A DNA stretch of 55,810 bases from a virus (lineage: Duplodnaviria > Caudoviricetes), in IMG/VR virus record IMGVR_UViG_3300042475_004921, positions 1 to 55,810 of that record, one strand, 5' to 3'. This document shows positions 26,903-36,300 of the stretch, one piece after another (the first letter of the stretch is position 1; each line of letters begins with the position of its first letter). The position numbers were made by a program, and so were the translations under genes. The notes beneath the pieces are model-generated. The model had not been told where the DNA came from. It was given only the letters and a program-made list of their open reading frames with translations, and did no database searches.

Positions 26903-27331
26903 TTATGTTTCCTCACTAAATTGTTTCTTTATCATCTTTAATGCTTCTGCAGTTGTTCCAGTAAAAACTACATTATTTGTAGTAACACTTGATGGACCTT
27001 TGGGTCTGATGTCTTCAATATCCTTCATCTTTTGTTGAAGATTGATCAATTTGTCAGCAGCATCTGAAACACTCTTAATAAGATGGCCAACAACCTCATA
27101 GCCTCTGGCCGTATCAAGTTCTTGGGCTAGCTCTAGAGCATTTTGAATAGCCTCTTGACCCTTTTCTATAATACTATAGTAATTTTCTCTTGAATACTTA
27201 TAATCTGTTTCAATATCTGTGACTGTTGGCTTGACAACAGGCTCGGATTTAACGATCTCCACATCTACATCAACCGGATTTGCAATGTTAAAAGTATCAT
27301 TTAATTTGGTAAATTTTTGAGTCCTAGTCAT
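26903..27331 (-). CDS. gp16: Terminase small subunit
   Basis: DYKYSRENYYSIIEKGQEA, R.YEV, NNVVFTGTTAE; syntenic position. Confidence 0.9.
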   Translation of the reverse strand: MTRTQKFTKLNDTFNIANPVDVDVEIVKSEPVVKPTVTDIETDYKYSRENYYSIIEKGQEAIQNALELAQELDTARGYEVVGHLIKSVSDAADKLINLQQKMKDIEDIRPKGPSSVTTNNVVFTGTTAEALKMIKKQFSEET

Positions 27332-27342
27332 CGTTTTTCTCC

Positions 27343-28347
27343 TTAAAACTTATTAAATGTAAATCCAAAACTATCATCATATGGTATTAAGGAATTGTCT
27401 TCTAAAGTAATTCGTTTGACCTCAGAACCATTTGGATGAACTTTTATTGTAGTTCCATCTTGTCCCCTCTTCACTTTTATTTTATTATTATCCTTACTTT
27501 CAACTAGCATTTCCTCGTCATCAATATCAATATAAGAATTTACTACTATATTGCTAGAATTTAAAACTTCAATAACCACATCGGTTAATGAAACTTCTTT
27601 CGTTAAAGTGGTTTCAACAATACCTGTATAATTTTGAATTGCCCTTGGGGTACTCTCTAAAACTGCATCTCTTATTGGAGATTTAGCTAATTCTCCGGCA
27701 ACAAGCCCAATAGAAACTTTTTTGATTATCTGAGAATCTAAAGAATTAGATGAAACTGGTCCAAAAATATAAGTTTTTACTGTAAATTTTAAAGTATAAA
27801 TGAGGGCACGTCTTTCTCTGAAATCACCTTCATAGGTATCTGAGGTCGAGATATTATCTAAAACAATATCTAAATCTCTTTTCTCTGCTATTGAATCTAA
27901 TAATGTAACACTAACCTTTAAATTTGGTTGAAAGTATGGTAAAATTTGCTCAACAATTTGGAACATATCATCACTGTGTTGTGTCATTATGCTCAGCTCA
28001 TAATTAATATTATAAGGTGCCGGCATAAATGTCATTCTCATTGCATTATTATTAATATCTTTAGAGCAAAAAGAAGTAGTTGTAGTTACCTTTCGGGAAG
28101 AATCATAACTTATGCCAATCAATTCATATGACATCCTAGGCAATGTAATTTGAATGGGCTTATTGAGATCCGGTACTTCTTTTAATCTGGCTAAAAACTT
28201 TTGAGTTGGTCCATATGCAATTGGGACCTTTCCTTTGAAAAAGATTTTGCCTTCTTCATTTCTCTGCTGTATCTGAATATTATTGAAGAGTGTACCAAAA
28301 ATTATACTAGCTTTACGGATGGTTTCGTTGTAAAAATAATCAAACAT
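27343..28347 (-). CDS. gp15: Tail sheath stabilizer/terminator
   Basis: YFYNETIRK...FGTLFNNI, VPIAYGPTQKFLAR, LPRMS, QIVEQILPYFQP. Confidence 0.95.
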   Translation of the reverse strand: MFDYFYNETIRKASIIFGTLFNNIQIQQRNEEGKIFFKGKVPIAYGPTQKFLARLKEVPDLNKPIQITLPRMSYELIGISYDSSRKVTTTTSFCSKDINNNAMRMTFMPAPYNINYELSIMTQHSDDMFQIVEQILPYFQPNLKVSVTLLDSIAEKRDLDIVLDNISTSDTYEGDFRERRALIYTLKFTVKTYIFGPVSSNSLDSQIIKKVSIGLVAGELAKSPIRDAVLESTPRAIQNYTGIVETTLTKEVSLTDVVIEVLNSSNIVVNSYIDIDDEEMLVESKDNNKIKVKRGQDGTTIKVHPNGSEVKRITLEDNSLIPYDDSFGFTFNKF

Positions 28348-29726
28348 TAGAATTCGCCGAATGGGTTTTTAATTGTAAAATCAATTATAGTTTTAGATTC
28401 TTCTTCAATATCTATGTTATCTGCATATTTATCTGATATATTGTCTCCATAGCTTGGAATCTCAATTTTATAAGTAGCACCACTTTCTTGGCCAGTTATA
28501 GTCTCACCTTGACCAAAAGTTCCGGTTGGATTAGAAAGTTGTAGAATACCTGAAGGCTTATCCCAACTTTTGACTCTTGCGGTTATACTGGATGCACTAC
28601 CGGTAACAACCTCATTATAAATGTAAGTTCCATAGCCAACGAATACTGGATCGGATATGACAACTATGGGTGCTGTTGTGTATCCTAACCCAGCATTGGT
28701 TAGTTGAATTGAGGTTATTTCGCCATTTTGAACGATTGCTCGTGCTTCTGCGGGCTGTGATGAAATTCCAACAAATGATACTGTAACTATTCCAACATAT
28801 CCACTTCCGCCATTAGAAACACTGATAGAATTTAGAACGCCATTGCCTAATGTTGCTAATGCCTCAACACCCGAGCCGCCGCCACCATTGAATAACACTG
28901 AAGGTGGTGTGGTATAGCCAAATCCTGAATTTATTATATTGACAGCCTGAACTCTTAACTTATCTGGATCCGGGCCACATATGTCAACAATACCACCAAT
29001 CATTTCAGCAACACCTGTTGCGGTTTGACCGCTAGCCGGAGCAGTTCCGAATGTTACAGTTGGCGAGGTGCTAAATCCGTAGCCTCGGTTTAGCATCGTT
29101 ACAAATCTAACTCCACCATTTACAACATTTGCGGTTGCTATTGCGCTTGAACCGGAACCAACCATTACATAAGATTGAATGAAACCTTCATTCTCAACAT
29201 TATCGTCAATAATATCAATATTTGTATTAATGACCTCATTCTGATAACGAAATAGTTCACAATTAAGACTATAAGTATATGTTTTTCCTAACTGATAAAA
29301 GGGCTTTTCGTGCTCAACAAATTTTATCTCAAAGATTCTGTCACCCAATGGAAAATATATTAAATCACCTTCTTTGGGTCGGGTTGACAGTTCAACATTT
29401 GGAAGTCTTTTTATTAGCGGGGCAATATATGTTTCAAATCTTTCTCTGGAAATAGTTATAGTTAGGTCATTCATCGGTTGAATGCCAAATTTGGTCATCA
29501 AAGTTCCAGCCCCTTCATAACCATCATAAGTTTCAACATATGCTTCTATAGGATAGGCATTATTAAATTCCGACTCAATAACCTCGCGAATCACACGCTT
29601 TTTTGTGAGATAAAACCTCGGTAGATAGAAAACATCTACGCCGTAGATTTTAATAGATTCGTTGATTAGATCCTGAAGGAACCCCTGTTCTACTTTTGAA
29701 TCGTTATGAAAGAAAGGATTGAGCAT
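28347..29726 (-). CDS. gp14: Neck protein with Gly-rich repeat insertion
   Basis: EQ..LQDLINESIKIYGVDVFYLPR, RPKEGDLIYFP, FVEHEKPFYQLGK, NPFGE. Confidence 0.95.
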   Translation of the reverse strand: MLNPFFHNDSKVEQGFLQDLINESIKIYGVDVFYLPRFYLTKKRVIREVIESEFNNAYPIEAYVETYDGYEGAGTLMTKFGIQPMNDLTITISRERFETYIAPLIKRLPNVELSTRPKEGDLIYFPLGDRIFEIKFVEHEKPFYQLGKTYTYSLNCELFRYQNEVINTNIDIIDDNVENEGFIQSYVMVGSGSSAIATANVVNGGVRFVTMLNRGYGFSTSPTVTFGTAPASGQTATGVAEMIGGIVDICGPDPDKLRVQAVNIINSGFGYTTPPSVLFNGGGGSGVEALATLGNGVLNSISVSNGGSGYVGIVTVSFVGISSQPAEARAIVQNGEITSIQLTNAGLGYTTAPIVVISDPVFVGYGTYIYNEVVTGSASSITARVKSWDKPSGILQLSNPTGTFGQGETITGQESGATYKIEIPSYGDNISDKYADNIDIEEESKTIIDFTIKNPFGEF

Positions 29727-29728
29727 AA

Positions 29729-30535
29729 TTAACCAATAAGGTCAAATGGTGGCATTTCATAGTCATATGTCATTCTTTCCATTATATTGTCAATTTCTCT
29801 TTGCGCATCGTCATAAATCTGGCGGCCATTAAATTCCACTCCACCGGGAAGTTTCATTCCTTGATATTTAATCAGGTTTTGACCCCATTGGCGTTTGATG
29901 ATGGCGGTTGCATATCGTTTGACGAATGAGTCATTCCATACCTTATCAGATTCAGAAGGATCCATCGCTCTATAGCAATCAATAACAATATAATTACCAA
30001 CATCAACATCGGACCAATTCATATCAATATACAATTTATCTCCTCTTTTATTAAATCTAACGACTTTTTCCGGATTCAAAATCCAATTAATATCTTCAAG
30101 ATACCTTTGGACCATTGTATAAGAAAGAAGTTCCATTGAACCCCAATAATATAGATCATTTAAAAATAGTTGATACTTAATATTGAAAAGGCCACTAGAA
30201 AGGGTGCTACCCATAGAAAAATTAAATATCTTATTGACTCCAATTATATGTGGAGGAATCTTGATATAATTTGCAGTCTCTGAAAAATTGTAACCGTCAA
30301 TTGAAGTTGTTGCAATTCCAACTGGACCCTTAGATCTATCAACATCTTCTTGTCTTATTTGATATTTGAGATATGTTTGCATAACGCCATCAAAATGCCG
30401 CTCTTGAAACAATTGTAGAGCATCATCAATCAAATCATCTAGTTGCTCATCGGCAATAGCGATGTTTATCACTGGAGCACCCAATTGGCGCAAACAATAA
30501 TCAATTAATTGTTGACGGCTAGCAGGTTTGGCCAT
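29729..30535 (-). CDS. gp13: Neck protein
   Basis: LIDYCLRQLGAPVINI, ERHFDG, KRQWGQNLIKY, LPGGV..NG. Confidence 0.96.
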   Translation of the reverse strand: MAKPASRQQLIDYCLRQLGAPVINIAIADEQLDDLIDDALQLFQERHFDGVMQTYLKYQIRQEDVDRSKGPVGIATTSIDGYNFSETANYIKIPPHIIGVNKIFNFSMGSTLSSGLFNIKYQLFLNDLYYWGSMELLSYTMVQRYLEDINWILNPEKVVRFNKRGDKLYIDMNWSDVDVGNYIVIDCYRAMDPSESDKVWNDSFVKRYATAIIKRQWGQNLIKYQGMKLPGGVEFNGRQIYDDAQREIDNIMERMTYDYEMPPFDLIG

Positions 30536-30570
30536 TATTTTAGAATAAGCACTACTACTATGTATAAAGG

Positions 30571-30798
30571 TTATTGAAATTTACTTAAGACCGTTTTTAA
30601 AAGCTCTTTTATTTCGGCCATATCATCTTTTAATGTATCAACTTCTTCTTCAATTTTTTCAACTTTAGATTGTTGGGTTTTTTTAATTTGTGTTGTTAAT
30701 AAGTATTTTTCATATTCGTTTTTATTGTTATTTAATATTGCATTAGTTTCCACGTCACGAATTAGATCCGGGTGACCATCTATTTTAGTATGTTTCAT
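30571..30798 (-). CDS. Conserved small coiled-coil phage protein
   Basis: GHPDLIRD..TNAILN...EYEKY plus heptad C-terminus. Confidence 0.75.
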   Translation of the reverse strand: MKHTKIDGHPDLIRDVETNAILNNNKNEYEKYLLTTQIKKTQQSKVEKIEEEVDTLKDDMAEIKELLKTVLSKFQ

Positions 30799-33305
30799 TA
30801 ATAAGAACCGGCTAGGGCAACAACTCTTAGATCTTTAATTCTTGGGGGAAACGCCTGATTGGTTGAGGTTCCAACTAATTTAATGCTATAATACCTAAAT
30901 GATGGTAAATTATCAACCGTAAAGGTGTATTCACTATAATTAACTTTGGAACCCTCAAACCCTAGAGCATCCGTTTTGATAATTTTAGAGTCAGATAAGC
31001 CACTATTTTTAGATGGGTCAATAACTTTATTAAACGAGTTTATATTACTATAACCGGGGAATGGATAATATACTAAGTCCACATCTCTGGTGTTTGATAC
31101 TGAATATAAACATTTGATTTCATTAAATACGTTAATGTGACCTGTTAGGTATATTTTAATTGCATTTGCTGGGAGTTTAAGTTCAATTGGAAGATTTGCA
31201 TAGACAAAAGCCGAAGGATCCCCCTTTAGGGTGGAAACTCTATCGTCTAGTGTAAAATCTGTAATTAAATTGTCAACCCTATTGGTAGTAAAACTCATTG
31301 CAACTCTTTGAAGTTCAATCGTGGGCGACACGTAAGAATTTTGTGTATTTAATTCCATGTTAAGTGTTAACGATTTATTTCCAATAAGTGAATTCAAATT
31401 CTGCTTCTCATTAACTTTGGCGGCCACGATTCTTGTTGAATTTAGATAATTATTTTCATTTAAATTGATCTCAGTAAACCCTGAATCAACATATGATAAC
31501 TCTCTACCACCAATGCTCGTTCCAGTTATAGTCCTCAATTTTGATGACAGATTTGTTTGCGGAAAAACTGTGGCGTCAACTAGTGGATGAACTATCTCAA
31601 ATGCAATATTTTGAGTGGCTTGAATTTTGGATCCGCCGGATGATTTATCCTGCTCAAAGAAAAGTCTTCCTAAAGGAGATCCCGAACTCCTATCTGTTAT
31701 TCCTTGTGGTAGATTTGGATTATTTGTGGTATTTGTAAAATTTATTTTAACTTTATAGTAATCTAAACCAATAGAATTGGATTCGGTAGAATCTCCGAGA
31801 GTATGCTCTTTATTAATTCTCCGCAAAGAGACACCATTTAACTCATACTTCATTATGGTAGTGAGTGATGGATAATAACCCGCTAAAGTCTGATCAATTT
31901 GGCGGACAATTCCGGTTAAATTATTACCTGAAATGCCCGTATATGCAATTATTTCCTGGCCTATTAGAATATAACCGGGATTTGCGGCGGATACGGCTAC
32001 GTTTTCAAATATAGTAAAATCGGTTGAATCTTGAATAGCAATATTACCGGTTGTAGTATTTGAATAATCAGTGGTTAATTTTGTAACATTTATATCACTA
32101 GAAATATTTCTTATTATTACTTTATTAGTGCTAGAGTGCATTCCGTGGTTTTTATGATTTACTTTAATATGCTCACCATTTTTATTTACGACTAAGCTAT
32201 TGGGAAATGCTTTTGTTGAATTTGAAAAATAGATGTCACTGGTTATACCAGAGCCGTTTACATAAGTTAAAGTTTTAGAGGAATCATTTGAAATGAATTC
32301 ACCCTGAACATTATCAACTATAAGTTCGTTTACACCCGCAACGTTTTGAACCGAAAGTTGTAAATTTATTCCTAGGTTAGATGAACCAATTTGTTGTGCA
32401 GTTAAAACATCTCCAATCAAATAACCGTTTCCGCCAGTGTTAATTGTTGCACCAATTGAACTAATAGAACCATTTGAAACTGTAATATTTGCAGTTGCAT
32501 TTCTACCATTTCCGGTTAAAGATGTTAGAGCTACATTATTAAATGTGAATGAGCCCATTGAGGGTGTATATCCTATACCGGAATTTATAACATTAAGGGT
32601 AGAGGTAGCAGAACCCGCAAAGCCAACGTAAATGCCATTACCAGTGGAATTGACTTGGGTTAATCTGTTTCCCGGTGTGATGTTTGTTGGCTGTATTGTT
32701 GCCCCTAAACCTATTCTAACTTCTCGGGAATTTATCTCTAATGGGTTATTGACAAGATTTGCAATTTGGTGATTTGCAAATGAAAGTTCTGAATTGTAAA
32801 AATTGATGTCCCCGGATGTTGATTTGAAATTTGCCCTATAGAGTGTAAATTTCAAATCATCACTTTGTATTGGTGTCCAGGTTGTTCCATTTTGCGATTT
32901 AAAAAGAGAGCCCGAAAGAGGTTGCTTTGTTACAAAAACTGCACTATTAGAATCGGAAGCCAAATCTTTCTCGGTTAATCTAGAAATATGAACAAGATAT
33001 TGATCAGAGTTTGACAATAGGCCGATGCAATGAAACTCATTACCTTTAAGAAAAACCGGGGAGTCAAATGTTACTCTAGTTGCTAGAGTTCCATCATTGG
33101 AAGTTGAAATTTTATCGGGCGTTAGAACCACTTCGCCATGGCGATACACAGAATCTGTCGGTATTCCGTACTGTAAAGAGCGCAATTGTACTGTTACAGG
33201 TAAATCTGCATCTTTACTATAGAAAAATAAATCCAAAGAAGTTACAAAGTATCCACTATTTGGATTAACAAAAAAAGATTGTGCAATCGGATCTACTAAC
33301 TTCAT
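30798..33305 (-). CDS. Virion structural protein, C-terminal part of a VrlC-like family protein
   Basis: DPIAQSF, GSLFKSQNGTTW...DLKFTLYRANF, PPRIKDLRVVALA. Confidence 0.8.
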   Translation of the reverse strand: MKLVDPIAQSFFVNPNSGYFVTSLDLFFYSKDADLPVTVQLRSLQYGIPTDSVYRHGEVVLTPDKISTSNDGTLATRVTFDSPVFLKGNEFHCIGLLSNSDQYLVHISRLTEKDLASDSNSAVFVTKQPLSGSLFKSQNGTTWTPIQSDDLKFTLYRANFKSTSGDINFYNSELSFANHQIANLVNNPLEINSREVRIGLGATIQPTNITPGNRLTQVNSTGNGIYVGFAGSATSTLNVINSGIGYTPSMGSFTFNNVALTSLTGNGRNATANITVSNGSISSIGATINTGGNGYLIGDVLTAQQIGSSNLGINLQLSVQNVAGVNELIVDNVQGEFISNDSSKTLTYVNGSGITSDIYFSNSTKAFPNSLVVNKNGEHIKVNHKNHGMHSSTNKVIIRNISSDINVTKLTTDYSNTTTGNIAIQDSTDFTIFENVAVSAANPGYILIGQEIIAYTGISGNNLTGIVRQIDQTLAGYYPSLTTIMKYELNGVSLRRINKEHTLGDSTESNSIGLDYYKVKINFTNTTNNPNLPQGITDRSSGSPLGRLFFEQDKSSGGSKIQATQNIAFEIVHPLVDATVFPQTNLSSKLRTITGTSIGGRELSYVDSGFTEINLNENNYLNSTRIVAAKVNEKQNLNSLIGNKSLTLNMELNTQNSYVSPTIELQRVAMSFTTNRVDNLITDFTLDDRVSTLKGDPSAFVYANLPIELKLPANAIKIYLTGHINVFNEIKCLYSVSNTRDVDLVYYPFPGYSNINSFNKVIDPSKNSGLSDSKIIKTDALGFEGSKVNYSEYTFTVDNLPSFRYYSIKLVGTSTNQAFPPRIKDLRVVALAGSY

Positions 33306-33327
33306 TTATTTTTCTAATTTGATATAC

Positions 33328-33337
33328 TATTTATTTA
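33328..33337 (-). promoter_or_regulatory. Late promoter (TAAATAAATA) overlapping the stop of the 1706-aa gene
   Basis: TATTTATTTA on plus strand. Confidence 0.55.
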
Positions 33338-36300
33338 CCGGCCAGCAAGAGCCCTGGCCGCATCATTTAATTGATTGAGATCTGAAACGCTATTAATGTT
33401 TTTAATTCCAGCCTTATTCCTTAGTTGATCGACCGTAAATGATGTGCCATTTTTCGCATTAATACTATCAACTAATCTTTGACCTTCAGCGGACGCTGTA
33501 ATTTTACTACTGCGAATATCAATATCACCAGACGACCAGGGATTTGGCACTTGCGCTGCTGGTGGAGGTGGCGGGCTAGCTATTACGGCTACTGGTGGAG
33601 GCGTAGAAACCCTTGGCACACTTGGAGGTGCAGAAACTGGTGGAGGTGTAGAAACTGGGGGAGTATAATAAACTGGGGTAGCTGGGGTATTAGCAGCTAC
33701 GGGGGGGTAATAAATGGGTGTAATTGGAGGTGGCGGAGTTTGAGGAGGCTCATTTCTAACTATATTCTGTTCAATTGAGTTGAGCCTACCAGACGAGTAG
33801 TATTTTTCCTCGGAGAATGTTGTAGCCGCCCCGTCGATTAAAGAATTTGTTGGACTATTGGTTAATCTAAAAACTCTTGTTCCACTTTCAAAAGAGGGAT
33901 TTTGATTATTATTTCGGTTTGGAATAAAGAAGCAGCCAATCAAATCTCCAGAACTGTCTGTTACCAACTTAATAATAGGATTAATTCTAGCCTCGGCCCC
34001 TGAAGTTTGTCCTTTAAGGGTCATGCCGCTATCAATGTATCCACCAAAATCACCTTGAACCATATTGGCCAGGCTATAAGTATCAACATTTAAAATGGTG
34101 GTTGTTGACGAATAAAACTCTGGAATGGTTTTATCGGATGAATATGGATTTTGTTTGTATGTTACGGTTGGTGAGTTATATGGTCCATATTTGTGGTTAC
34201 TAGCAGCACATCTAAATTTAATTTTTACATCGGTATTGCTGTTTGTTCCAACTATAACTTCACCTGGACTAAATGTTCCACTAATCATTGATATTTCTAT
34301 TAGTTTGGGCACTATGAATTTATCAAAAGACCTTCCATCAAAATACGGATATAATCTCGTTAACGTCTTCATTCTTTTGGCTGTAAATTCAACATTTCTA
34401 GAGCGAAGATAAGGAATAACTTGACTGCTAAGAAGGCTATTGCCGCTAGACCATATTTTAGATACAGAATCCCATAAAACTGGATTAAACCCCGATTGCT
34501 GATCAAGACCAAGTGACGAAAGCTGCTGCGGAGAAGGTGTATAATTTGATGCCACCGTAACATTTTTTGTGGAAACTGTTACTTGGTCAGCCCATACATC
34601 TGAGGAGGGATAAAGTATGATAGTGCCACTAAATGTATTATTGCGATAAGAAGCAACGTTGTCTACTCTAGTTGAATATGGTTGAACGATTTCTACAACC
34701 TCATCATAATCTAAAGTTAGCAGCTCACCGGTTTTCTTTACATTTGAACCAATCAAATCATTTGAATATTTTAGGTCTACAAGCGTATCCGCAACTGTTC
34801 CTATTCCAACAATAGAATTTGATGCAATAATGAGATCTATCTCTGTGGTATAGTGGCTGGGGCGAAGTTCACCGTTGTCAATATCAATACTGTTTTTTAT
34901 TATTGTATCTTTTTGTTGGGTAGTTGATGAATTAAAATTATCAACAAAGAAGCCGGACTTAAATCTATTTAATCCTGAAGTGTCTGGTATGAATAGATTG
35001 GCAGTATCAGTCTCTAGTAGAGTCAAAGATGTGTAATATTCTAAATTTGAAATTCTGTCCTCAAGTTTTTTAATATCTTCCATTCTGTATCTTTTATGTG
35101 ATACAAGTTGGATATTTATGTCATCCGTATTGCAGAGATATGCGGGCAGATAAATTGAGGCAATTTCCAGTGCATTGTCTATAGAATTTGGCGGCTGTGG
35201 TAATTCTGCTGGAACTCCCACTACTAATTGAATTTGACTATTTTTAGTTAAAAATAACTTATCATACCTGGGTAGATAAAAAGAATAATCAAGATTAATA
35301 GATTCATCTGATGCCAAAATATTTTTAGGATTGGATGAGTTATTTGAAAAATCTCTGCCTAAAAATTCAAAAGGAGATCTTGAATTCTCTGTTATGTTAT
35401 ATTGAGATACCCTCGGCCTGACATCTATAATGTCTGCTAATGAAATTCCATTCACGTTACCCAATTCACAGTAATCAAAATTCCTGTAGGAATTTGAGGT
35501 CACAATATCGCCAACATCTGAATTTAAATAATTAGCAGACTCAAATATCACTGTCAATCTTTTATTTGGCTCTTTTATGTTTGGATTTCTTGAAATTTTT
35601 GAATAATCATAAATTGTGGATTTTTGACCAGAATCAAACGAAAAGTGTGAGGTAATGTCCGAATCTCCGTTTTCACTAGCTGATATAGTTGCAGTAACTC
35701 CCGTTTCCTGAAAGGTTATAGATTCATTTACAATAAAATTAGCCGAATTTAAATAAACAAAATTGATACTGAGATCATTAACTGTCCTAACAAGAATGCC
35801 TACAGCTTTAGAGTTTGTGCCAATAAACTTTTCGCCGACAAGGAGATCTCCGGTCTTATTTGTCTGACCATTAATTGATGAGAGGGTTAGTTTAGGTAGG
35901 GCTGCAGAATTTACTGTGGAAGATTCAAAAACCCCATATATTTTAGTAACATCCGGAGTGAGTAAACAAATATCATTATCTTGAACCCGCGATCCATATG
36001 GATAATTCCCATAAGAAAGTCCATCATTTAAAGTGGTGGTTCCTATACCAGATGCACTATATTTTGACTTATCAAACGTAACAATATTGATTCTATTTTT
36101 GTATTTTACTTTTTCGCTAATGTTTACTTTTCTTAGCGTTGCAATAAGTTTTGCATTGGTGTTACTCCCAAGACCGCCTATAGATAAAGTTGATGAACCA
36201 TTTCCATATGTAAATTTGTCTGGAGATAATGCTTCAGTTGTTCCATCTTCTCGGATTAAAACATAACGTTCTTCATCAAATGGCAGAAAAGTTTCATCCG

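Noticed and set aside
33479-33778. Trp/Arg-rich plus-strand ORF
   Set aside because: Antisense read-out of the Pro-rich repeat
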